A stretch of DNA of 22,680 nt from Candidatus Vampirococcus lugosii (GCF_018420025.1 NZ_JAEDAM010000013.1:1-22680); one strand, 5' to 3'. Shown: positions 9,325 to 19,524, counted from the first letter of the stretch. Numbers and translations: made by a program. Notes: generated by a model not told the origin, from the letters alone.

Positions 9325-9892
9325 ATGAAAAAAATTTATAAAAATTTACTTTTTTTTATCTTATTAATTTTATTTTGTATTTTTTTGTATATAATTTATT
9401 TGTTATGACCAGAAAATATAGTAAATTATATATGAGTTCAAAATACATATTTATTTATTTTTATATATTGACTTATAGCATGAGTTTTCTTTTTGACTGC
9501 AACAAGTTTTTATATAAGTTTAGGAACATTTGTAATTTGATGAGCTAATTTATATTTACTTGCTTTTATTGCTTCTTTTAGTTTGACATTATGAGATACA
9601 CTTTTTTATTTTTTTTGAAAAAAATCTAGAAAATTATCAAAAGAATCAAATTTTAACAAAAAAATTGAAAAATTCACTAATCGAATAAAAAATAAATCAG
9701 ATACTATTATATTTATGTTTATATTTTTTTATTGGAGTTTTTTTGCCTTTACCAAATGATATACCTTGATATGCTTTAGGTTTATTAAATTACCCTTTGA
9801 AAAAAATAATATTTGCAATATTTTTTTGAAATTTTGTTTATTGTATAATAATATGATTGCTTGCTATTAATTGATTTATGAAATTAACTTAA
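9325..9892 (+). CDS. DedA/VTT (TVP38/SNARE-associated)-like membrane protein with an apparent +1 frameshift in a T7 run
   Basis: The frame from ATG 9325 gives ...GANLYLLAFIASFSLTLGDTLFYFFGKKSRKL... (DedA-like G..lGD...Y..G). The family-like C-terminus IGVFLPLPNDIPGYALGLLNYPLKKIIFAIFFGNFVY...* is in the next frame, from 9731 to TAA at 9890-9892. The switch point is the T7 run at 9724-9730. The unshifted frame reads on to 9870 with non-family-like sequence. Confidence 0.5.
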
Positions 9893-9896
9893 AAAT

Positions 9897-10934
9897 TTAA
9901 CATATACTTTCAGGTGCCCAATCTATTTTGAAACCTTTTTTTTGTATATTTAATTTTGAATAAATTATTTCCATAAATTCTCTCAAATTCTCTCATTTTA
10001 GTATAATATTATATCTATATTTTCAAAACATTTTGTATATCATAGCTGGTGTAGAATATATTTCTATATCTTCTGCTCAATATTTTTTTTTCAAATATAA
10101 TATTTCTTTATATAATAAATCTACTTTTTTGAATAATTTTTCTTCAATTTCATCTTTGTATAATATACTACATATTTGAGTATATGGAGGATATGTAAAA
10201 TCTTTTCTAAATTTTAATTCTTCTTTTTTGAAATTTTCAAAATCTAATCTTATTCAATTTATAATACTATGATTTTCAGGATTAAATGTTTGTATGAAAA
10301 AATTTTTGGAATTTAAATTATTTATTCAATCATAAATAAATAAGAAATTTTTGTAATTTGAATTGTAATCTGGAATATTTAGTCAAATATCTGCATTCAA
10401 AAAAATTATTGCATCAAAATCTATATTTTTACTATCAATTAATGTTGATGTTCATATTATAATATTTATATTTTTTATTTCTTTTTTGCTTTTTATTGAT
10501 TTATTTATAGAATTTGTATGTTCATTTTGTAATATTTTGCTTTTTACTCAATAATTATCTTCCAATAATTTTTGAATTTTTTCCGTTCAATATCAATATT
10601 TATTTATTTGTTTCGATCAGCAATTACTGCAATTTTCTATATTATTATAACTTGTTTTGCATATATGACATAATCAAAAAAAAGATCAATTTTGATCTAG
10701 ATGATATGTTATTGCTACATCGCAATTTTTACATTTGGGTACAAATCAACAATTATTACATATAGTTCAAGAGCTATGTCATTTTTTATTTACTATAATA
10801 GCAATTTTTCAATTATTTTTGCTAAATTTATTAATAGCTTTGTTTGCTATCTCAGAAATTACTTTATTATTTTCTTTGGTCATATCTATCAAAAAACATT
10901 TTTTATTATTTTTTTCTATAAGTTCATAATTCAT
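9897..10934 (-). CDS. priA: Primosomal protein N' (PriA) homolog, C-terminal half only
   Basis: The minus-strand translation (TGA=Gly) shows the PriA Cys-rich zinc region: ...IIVNKKGHSSGTICNNCGFVPKCKNCDVAITYHLDQNGSFFGLCHICKTSYNNIENCSNCGSKQINKYGYGTEKIQKLL. Helicase-lobe-2 and C-terminal-domain-like sequence follows (IIIGTSTL..., FRKDFTYPPYTQ). The first ATG is at 10934 and an in-frame stop lies about 55 nt upstream. No Walker A/DExH lobe is encoded. The three plus-strand track ORFs at 10514-10976 are antisense artefacts. Confidence 0.7.
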
Positions 10935-11113
10935 ATTGCAAAAATTAATTATATTATTAAATATATGTTTATATAATGATTTATTTTTTTATATAAATAG
11001 AATTTTTATCTTTTACTAAATTTCTTACAAAATAGTATTTTGTGTTGTAATATAATAAATAAAGTATATACTATATAAAGTATATATTTTATTTTATTAT
11101 AATATATTTATAT

Positions 11114-11389
11114 ATGGAAAATATGACAGAAAGATTTGATTGTACAAAAAATGGAGAAAGTGAATTAATTAAATCAACTAAGAATAATATTTTAAAATTA
11201 TTTAATTCAGATTTAGAAGCTATAAGATATATTGATGAAGAATTACAAATATTATATGATGAAGTTTATTTAAGAGTTTCTAGGTGAATGTGAAATTTAC
11301 ATGAAGAAGAAAAAGAAAGAGTTGAAAAAGTTAATAAAGAAGTTAATAAATTAAGAAAAGTAAAAGCCGAGATTATGAAAAATAATTAA
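11114..11389 (+). CDS. Small hypothetical protein (91 aa, coiled-coil-like C-terminus)
   Basis: ATG at 11114 and TAA at 11387-11389. It contains two in-frame tga (..VSR-G-M-G-NLHEEE..), so it is absent from the 60-aa track. I recognise no family. Confidence 0.4.
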
Positions 11390-11618
11390 TTTATATAAAA
11401 AACTTCAAATCATAACTTTTATTTTTCTTAATTTAAACACCAAGATTTAGATAAGTTTTTTATCAATAAGTTTTTGATTTATACGAATTTCAATTTATTT
11501 TTGTCTACTACTGACAATTTAATGTTGTTTGCATATTTTAAACAATTTGTACTTGAAATATGTGTTTTTTTTCTTATTAGTTAATAACTTCTAATGTATC
11601 TAGAAATAGAGGTTTAAA

Positions 11619-11870
11619 ATGACTGAAGAAGATATGCTTATTAGATGTCCTGATGGGCTCACAAGAAGATTTCTTATTGTTAAAGAAAAAGGAGTATCTG
11701 ATATAGAGTATATAGTATATGAACGGGATTATTTTTGTAACAAAAAGATAGGTAAGGTCGAAAATAGCGAATCCGTTCCTGAAGTTATTAGAAGTTATTA
11801 CCATGAATGATTGTTAAATAGCTTTCATTCTTGTTTAGCCAAGGATTATTTATCCTTGGTTTTTTTATAA
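11619..11870 (+). CDS. Small orphan ORF (63 aa to the TGA at 11808; 83 aa to TAA at 11868 if TGA=Gly)
   Basis: AGAGG at 11608-11612 lies 6 nt before the ATG. Local G+C is visibly higher than in flanking DNA. All three Gly are GGN. The single TGA lies 28 nt before an intrinsic-terminator hairpin. In code 25 the frame reads through that hairpin. Confidence 0.45.
11839..11866 (+). terminator. Rho-independent terminator
   Basis: CCAAGGAT (11839-11846), loop tattt, ATCCTTGG (11852-11859), then T7 (11860-11866). Perfect 8-bp stem with G/C pairs. Confidence 0.65.
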
Positions 11871-12032
11871 ATTATTTTTTATAATATACTAAAACTTATA
11901 AAAAAGTTGATAAAATTTTGGAAATTATAAAACAAGATTTTTATAATCAAAAAAAATCTATAATAATAAAACTAATTATATGTTTTAGGGATTGTATAGA
12001 TTTTATTTTAATATTTGTAATATATAAAATAT

Positions 12033-12794
12033 TTATCAATTAAGATTATGATAAACTTGATCTACATCGTCATTATCTTCAAGTTCATCTATTAATCTAT
12101 ATAATTTTTCTATTCATTTTTCATCTAAATCAATAGTATTTTGTGGTATATATTCTATTCAATTATCTTCAATTTTGTATTTATTTTCTTTTAAATAATT
12201 TTTTATTTTTAAAAAATCTGTTTTATCTCAAATTATTTTATATTCATTTTCCAAACTTATTATATCTTCAGCTCAAGATATTATTGCATCTTCTTCTATT
12301 TGTGAAAAATTAACTTTATTTATTTTTTCTATTTCTTTTCATTTATCGTTTAATATTTCAATTTTTCAAGATATTAAAAAAAATGATTTTTCCAAAAACT
12401 GCCATGAAACACTTCAAGGTTCTCACATACTTCATCAAAATTTTGTAATAATTGATCTTATTTCTCATGAACTTCTATTTTTATTTTCAGTAATAGTTTT
12501 TATTAATATTGCAATTCATGATGGTCAGTATCATTCATAAAAAACTTCTTCCAAATTTTCATTATTATTTTGTCATGATCATTTTGTGATTGCTCTTTGT
12601 ATTACATCTTTTGGTAAATTGTAATATTTTGCTTTATCAAGAGCAGATGCCAAACTAGGATTAAGATTAGGATCAGCTCATAGTTTAGCTGACATTTGAA
12701 TTATTTTTCAAATTTTAGTATAAACTTTTGCTTTTTTACTATCTTGTGCTGCTTTTTTATGTTTTATGTTATGCCATTTACTATGTCATGCCAT
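12033..12794 (-). CDS. yebC: YebC/PmpR family probable transcriptional regulator
   Basis: The minus-strand translation begins [32 protein letters not shown]...ALDKAKYYNLPKDVIQRAITKGSG..., the hallmark YebC N-terminus. 253 aa, ending ...DDVDQVYHNLNG then TAA. Confidence 0.9.
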
Positions 12795-12814
12795 ATTTTA
12801 TTATTTTAATTTAA

Positions 12815-14263
12815 TTAAATTAACTTAAGTCATTCTTTTTTTATTTTATTGACCATTTCTTCATTTTTTATTTGAGCTTGAGCATTTTTGTTAGTGGTAA
12901 TATTTACTGTTTCATCTCAAGATTTTAATGTAATATCAGTGTTTTTCATACTAATATCAAAATTTATCATTATAATTTCTTTTTTTGATTTTTTTATTAT
13001 TTCAAAATCTATTTCTTTATTTCATATTGAAGAGATATTTTCATTATTAATTTCTTTACTTGTTCTTACAGATATACTTAATCAAATCATTTTTTCTAAT
13101 TCATTTATTTTTGCTCATTGTTTTCATATTATTGATCATTTATTTTTTTCATCTACAATAATTTTTATATTATTTTGTCATTCTGCTTCAATTTTTATAG
13201 GAAAATTGTATTGTTTTTCCAATAGATTTTGTAAATATCTAATTCAATATTTTATAAGTCATCAAAATGATTTATCCTTTTTTTCTTTTGAATTATTTAT
13301 TTCATCTATAGGCATTACAACAACTTCTTCTCAATAACTATACATTTCATATTCAAGATTTCAAGTTATGAAATTATATATTTGTATTACAGGTCTTGTT
13401 AAATCAGCAGATTCCATTCATTCAGGTGTCTTTACAGTATGTTGAAGTGTAAGAATTTTTTCAGGTTTACCTCATTTTATAAATATTACAGTATCTATAA
13501 CTTGTGGTATTATTCACATCTCTATATTTCATAAAAATCTCTGTATACTATCAACAGCATTCATAGCATGTATTACACCAATTAATCAAATTCATGTAAG
13601 TCTAAGATCTTTAAATAGTTGAAAATCATCAGCATTTCTTATCTCATCATATACCGTATAATCTGGTCTAGAAAGTAATAATATATCTCTTATTTCACTA
13701 TGAGGGGCATAAGAAAAACTATATTGAGTAACTTCATCTGGAACTAATAAATCTCTAGGAGATTCTATAGTTTTTATTATATTATCATTTTTTGTATACA
13801 TTTCAACAAGAGCTTGTGCAAAAGTTGTTTTACCTTGTCAAGGAGAACCACTTAATAAAATTCATTGAGAATTATTTTTTAATCTTTCCAATAAATTATT
13901 ATTTAATTCATAATCTTCAATTGATAATTTTTTTGTAGGTTTAACGACAGTTATTTCTATTCAATCAGATAGAGGAGGTAGTACTATTACTATTCTATAA
14001 GGTCATGCTTGTATTACTTTTGACATATTTTTATCAATTTCCAAAAAACAATCATCATATTGATCTATTTCTTTGTATAATTCATCAATAATATTATTTA
14101 AATAGTTTCTACTAACTTTTTTTTCCAATTTTTCAGATTCCCATCATCATGGCAATCATCTTTTTTTAAATATATTCATTCACTCTTTTAAATGTACAGA
14201 CATAGTATCAGTATCAAAAAATTCATCCATTACTGATTTATGTTTTGACTTAATTATTTCCAT
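12815..14263 (-). CDS. PilT-family (secretion/twitching-type) ATPase with a C-terminal KH domain (COG1855-like), lacking an obvious N-terminal PIN domain
   Basis: Walker A is ILLSGSPGQGKTTFAQAL, with tga (13838-13840) as the invariant Gly. Walker B-like region is DYTVYDEIRNADDF, followed by GLIGVIHA. The C-terminal KH motif is IKIIVDEKNKGSIIGKQGAKINELEKMIGLSISV (GxxG). The track ORF 13592..13801 is an in-frame fragment. The track ORF 12888..13337(+) is antisense. Confidence 0.8.
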
Positions 14264-14345
14264 AATGATTTGATTTTTTATAAAAAATATTTAAAATAGA
14301 ACATAATATTAAGTATTTTTATTTTTATTTCAACTAAAAATTAAA

Positions 14346-15509
14346 ATGAAATTTTTTCATGTATCATGACTTAAGGAAATAGATGAAGTTCAAGAAAAAG
14401 TAGATTTATTAATTTCTGAAGATAGTGCGAATTCTGTTAGGGAAGTGTTGAAACCTTTTGGTCTTGTAGTTTTGTCTTTGAAAGAATATTATTCTGATAT
14501 AAAAGAATTTTGATTAGTAGAATTTAAATATGATCTTGAATGAAGAAGTATTTATTGAGTTTTATCAGAAAAAAAAGTAAGAGATTGATATCATTTATTA
14601 CATAAATATTGATTTCCAATTATTTATATTAATAATTTGGCTAATCCATTAACTGATGATAAAATATCTTTGGTGCTTGATAAATTACAAAAAGAAGTAA
14701 ATCTTCATGAAGAAGAAAAAAATGCTGAATTAGAAAAAAAATCAAAAAAATCAAAAAAATCAAATATAGATAAGTCTGTAGAAAAATCTTTGGAAAAAGC
14801 AAAATCAATTATTGAAACAGTAATACAAGATTATGAAGATTTTAAAGTTGAATATAGTGATTTTTTGACTGTACAAAAAACAAAAAAAACTGATGATATT
14901 ATATGAAAGATTAAAACTATTAGAATGTGATGAAATGTAGATAAAATGTGAATTTTAGTTGAACAGGTTCTTTCTTTTATGGAAAATATAGAAGAAGAAT
15001 ATCTTGCATATTCCAAAAATTCTGAAACAAATAGTATGAATGACGAAATAATAGACGAATTAGATTTTGTTGTAGAATATGGTAAATATAAAAAAAGTAA
15101 AAAATTTACTGAAGTTTGAAGTTTTACAGATGTTAAAAAAACAAAAAATGATAATTATTATGCCGCATTATGAAAACCTTGAATATATTTAAAAGTTCTT
15201 TATAAAGAGTTATCAACTAAATTTTCTAGTTTATCGTATTTTTCAAATATTTTTTATAAATTTATAGATCTTTTATTGTTATTTTTGTTGATAGAAATAT
15301 CTATATATTATGTATATTTAAATATTAATGATTGAAATACTTCTGGTGCATTTTTTTATATGATAAATATATGAATATTTTGAATTTTATTTTGGGTTAT
15401 TAAGTTAATTACTAATAATTCATTTATATTAAATATTATTTTATTTGTTGTAGTTGTGATTTTGTTTTTATTTGTTAGATCATTGTTTTTAAATACTTTG
15501 GCTATATAA
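14346..15509 (+). CDS. Hypothetical membrane protein (soluble N-terminal region with two similar ~45-aa modules, K/E-rich linker, three C-terminal TM helices)
   Basis: 387 aa with TGA=Gly. The track ORF 14637..14906 is an in-frame fragment. C-terminal hydrophobic helices are FIDLLLLFLLIEISIYYVYL, FFYMINIGIFGILFWVIKLI and ILNIILFVVVVILFLFVRSLF. I checked codon by codon and found no in-frame TAA/TAG. Confidence 0.55.
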
Positions 15510-15518
15510 AAAAATTAA

Positions 15519-16871
15519 ATGTTATTATTATTGATAATATATAATATTATATTTGCATATTTTTTTTATCTTATTGATGCTTGGTATTTTTCTTTTGTGC
15601 CTTTATGAATGTTGTTATTTTTATTTCTTACAGCAAATAATTTCTTATCAACTTCATCATCATGATGATGAAGCCAAGTATCTATTAAAAAAATAATTTT
15701 TAATAATTTATTTTATATATCTTGGGTATTGATTATATTTTGAATATATTGAATATCTTATAATATTGAATTTTTTGATATATCAAATATTGATATTAGT
15801 TTGTGATTAATTTTTTTAAATATTTTTTTTCTTAGTATATCTTATTTATTTAATTATAATGATTGAAAAAATATTTTTCATTTTGGATATTATTTTAGTT
15901 TTGTTATATTTTTTTATAATTTTTTTACTATAAGTTTTGAGTGGATTGATTTGTTAAATTTATTTTTAATCTTTCTTTCTTTTACATTTATATTATATAC
16001 TTTTTTAGTTTTTGTCATATGAGCAATAAGTAATTCAAGTTTGAAAGAAATAAAAGAATTGAATTTTATATTTTTTTTATTTTTTGTTATTATTTTTATT
16101 TATATTAAATTATATAATTCTCCATATATTTCAGTTCTAATTTCTCAAGTTTTTTTGATGATATTTTTTCTTTTTATATATATAATAAATAATTTAGCTA
16201 AAAAAAGTGTTTTTATAAAAGAAAATGAACTTTTGCCATTGGAAAAAATTTTATCTTGAAAAAGACTTTTGGAAGAAAAAAAATATAATTATAATGTATA
16301 CGAAGATATTAATTCTTTTTTTTCTTGAATTCCTTGGTATTTGAAATTTTTGTTGGCTATATTAAATATTATTCTTATTTTTAGTCAAATATTGCTTTTT
16401 ATATTAAATATTTGATCTTGAGAACTTTTTTATTATGAAATAATATATTGGATATGAAATATTATATTTTTTATTAATTTTTTGTTATTAAAAAAAATTG
16501 ATTATTATTATTATTTACAAAGAATATTATCTTTTTTTGTTATTAATTTCTGAATATATTTAACTATTATTAATTTATTTTGAGAAAATTCTTTTTATAT
16601 TTCATTGTTTTGAGTATCTTGGAGTATTCTTAGTAGTTTATTGTTATTCTCTAGTAAATCTTTTGTTTATAAAAGATTGTTTTTTAAAGAAGATTATTAT
16701 TTTTGGATTTTTGCAAATTTTATAACTATATTTTTGAATATATATTATATATATGATTTGCAAGTAGAAATAAGCTTGAAAATATCAATAATATTATTAT
16801 ATATATGATTGTGGTTTTTTATTACATATTATAATGTCAGGTATATAGAAAAAACATATATTGAAACATAA
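15519..16871 (+). CDS. Polytopic integral membrane protein (about 450 aa, no recognisable family)
   Basis: It starts 9 nt after the previous stop. Hydrophobic helices run throughout. The track ORF 16041..16259 is an in-frame fragment. Frame checked open from 15519; TAA at 16869-16871. Confidence 0.55.
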
Positions 16872-16896
16872 ATTATTTATATAAATATATTATTGG

Positions 16897-17856
16897 ATGA
16901 ATAGAGGTGAATTAGTTGAGTCTTTACAAGATAATAGCAAAAATTGTATTATAGCATTAAATAATGAATTATGATTTGATTTTGATAAAGTGAAAAATCA
17001 AATTATAGAATTAAATGATACAATATCTAATTATACTTTATATGATTTGGATGATAGCTCATTTTTTTTGGTTGATGTTAAAGTAAAAGAAATATTAAAT
17101 ACTATACCTTATAATAAAAAACAGATATTTTTTGAACATTTTTATGAAAATCAATGATTTGATTCTGTTGAAAAATGATTTTCTTATATGCAAAATATAT
17201 TTGATAATCTTGAACAAATTTATAATATACAAATTGATAAATATAACTCGTATTTAAATTCTGTAAAAGATAATGCTTTCTTATGAAGTAAAGTTTGTAA
17301 ATTAAGATGACCTATATTGACAAATTCATTAAGTAATATTGAAAATAATTTGAAAGATGCTAAATTAACATTATCTAGATTGTTATGTAATGATACTAAT
17401 TTATATTTACATTATTTCTTGTTTTCTCCTCAAGCTAATATTTTTAAAAGATTTAGTAAAATATTTTCTGAAACAAATACTAATTTTAGTAGATGATTTA
17501 ATTCTACTATGTCAGTTTTTGAAAAATATAGAAGTAAAATATCTTTATGATTAGAAATGGCAGAAGTATCAGATTTTAATTTAGATGAAAATATTGATTT
17601 TACTTCAAATAGAATTAAAGAGAAATTAAATTCATTAGAATTTTTTGTTCAACTTTTTAGAATGTTATTAATATTTAGATTAGGTTCATCAAATCATATT
17701 AATAAGTACAATAAAAAAGTTTTGGATAAATATTTTGATATGTATATATCTTGAAATATTTGTTGTGATGAAAATACTGATTTACTTGTATATAATTTTT
17801 TTTGGAACATTATATTATCTTATATGAGAAAATGATTTTTGAAATGAAATATTTAA
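16897..17856 (+). CDS. Hypothetical soluble protein (319 aa), possibly the N-terminal part of the downstream HD-GYP protein
   Basis: ATG is 25 nt after the previous stop. The track ORF 17557..17754 is an in-frame fragment. The frame ends at TAA 17854-17856. Removing one T from the T5 run at 17836-17840 would fuse it in frame to the next gene. Confidence 0.5.
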
Positions 17857-19504
17857 TAATGCATTGGAAGTTGAGCTTAAAGAAGATAATCATACAAATG
17901 AAAATAGTGAACTTGATCAAAATGATGAAAATAATTCTATATCTGAAAAAGATAAACAAATATTTGAATCTGATAAAAATATAGAATATATTAGAGAAAT
18001 TATAATTAGAAATAAATATTATTATATGTTGCTTGATGTAGCATCAAAAATACAATACAATTTGTTCTGTATATCAACAAATTTAGATTTAATAGATTTG
18101 GATCAATTGCAAGAAAATATAAGTTCTTTAAAATCTGAAATAGATAAATTATTAGGAGATATATTTAAAAATATTCCATTAGATTTGTTTAATTATTTAA
18201 AAACTTTATGTAATACTATTTTAAAAGTATATATTTCTGGTGATTTATATGATACTTTGTCAGATGAAAATAAAAATGTTGAAGGAATTTTATGAGATAT
18301 TTTGGATGAAAAATCATCAATTCCAAAAACTTCTATTTTAGTTTTATCTATAATAATATCATTGTCTTTCTATATTAAACAATTATATAATGAATTAGTG
18401 AATTTATCTTGAATGGATTTTGAAACTTATGAAATTGATTTAAGTTCTTATAAAAAAATTTTTGATAAAAAAACTATAGAAGTTATTAAAAAAATTGATA
18501 CTGTTGAATCAAAAAATTTTTTGTATTTGTACAAAAATGTTATAGATATAAAAAATAAAGCTTGTTTTTTTAATAAATTAATTATTTTTAATAAAACTCC
18601 TAAATCAAATTTTGAAATAACAAAATATTTGACAAGTAATATATCAAAATTACATCCATGATGAGTTGAATTTTTTAGTTTTCAAAAAATAATGGATAAT
18701 ATTAATAAAAATTGAAATATTAATTTTGCGAATTGAATTGAATTGATGATTAAATTAATAGATGTTTTTGATTTAACTTATAGTCCATGACATAGTAAAA
18801 GAGTATCCAAATTATCTAATATAATATTGGAATTATTATTGGATGATGAAAATTATCATGATAAACGAAACGATGAAATACAAAAAAATATTGAAGAATT
18901 AGAATTAATTTTGGATGATGAAAAATTTGAATGAATAGAGGAAATTATAGATTTATCTGATAATATTGAAAATGATTTTTCAAAATGTATTCATTTATCT
19001 ACACTTTTGCATGATGCAGGAAAATTATGAACCGATTTATTAGTTCTTTCATCTAGAATTAAACTTAATGATGAAGAATTTAAAGAAGTAAGATCTCATC
19101 CTTGAAAATGAGAAGAACTTATTAAATTTTTTACTTGATTAGAGAATATACCAAAATTTATTTATGATGCTACTTTTCATCATGAAAGACCAGATTGAAA
19201 ATGATATCCTTTATGAAACATTTTGGAAGAAATTCCTTTGATTTCAAGAATAATTGCAGTGGCTGATATTATAGATGCAATGTTATGAAAAAGACATTAT
19301 GTATTTGAAGAAAAATCTGTTAAATATGTATATGATGAATTAATTAAAGCTAGTTGAAAACAATTAGATGCTGAAATTGTAGATATAATTACTAAAAATA
19401 AAGATTTTTTCAAAAAACTTTATGAAATTTATAAAGTTAATTTTTGGGATGCACAAATTGAGGCTGAATCATCGTGATTGTTAATGGTTGATAGTTTAAA
19501 TTAA
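17768..19504 (+). CDS. HD-GYP domain protein (cyclic-dinucleotide phosphodiesterase family) with a large uncharacterised N-terminal region; start uncertain
   Basis: The C-terminal domain carries HLSTLLHDAGK and FHHERPDGKGYP (tga at 19196 and 19202 supply both Gly of the GYP motif), then IISRIIAVADIIDAM. The track ORFs 17864..18295 and 18413..18661 are in-frame fragments. The first ATG in frame is 17768, which overlaps the upstream gene by 89 nt. Confidence 0.8.
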
Positions 19505-19524
19505 TTTTTATATAAAAACTTAAA

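Noticed and set aside
10514-10976. Three overlapping plus-strand track ORFs (83, 91 and 64 aa) with hydrophobic translations
   Set aside because: They are antisense to the PriA-like gene. The I/F/L/Y-rich translations are what AT-rich antisense sequence produces. Only the minus-strand frame shows conserved zinc-finger and helicase motifs.
11577-11804. Track ORF, 75 aa, minus strand
   Set aside because: Antisense to the 11619 small ORF. It has no start context, and the plus-strand ORF has the SD and the terminator.
12888-13337. Track ORF, 149 aa, plus strand, which looks like a multi-TM membrane protein
   Set aside because: Antisense to the C-terminal/KH region of the PilT-family ATPase. It is a compositional artefact.
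14736-14762. Tandem 9-nt repeat (AAAAAATCA x3)
   Set aside because: It lies in frame inside a CDS and simply encodes KKS-KKS-KKS in a K/E/S-rich linker. It is low-complexity coding sequence, not a regulatory or CRISPR-like repeat.
14831-15016. Track ORF, 61 aa, minus strand
   Set aside because: Antisense to the 14346-15509 gene, which is continuous in code 25.
17802-17984. Track ORF, 60 aa, plus strand
   Set aside because: It lies in the third frame across the junction between the 16897 gene and the HD-GYP gene. It is a K/I/M-rich low-complexity translation, and both neighbouring frames are better supported.
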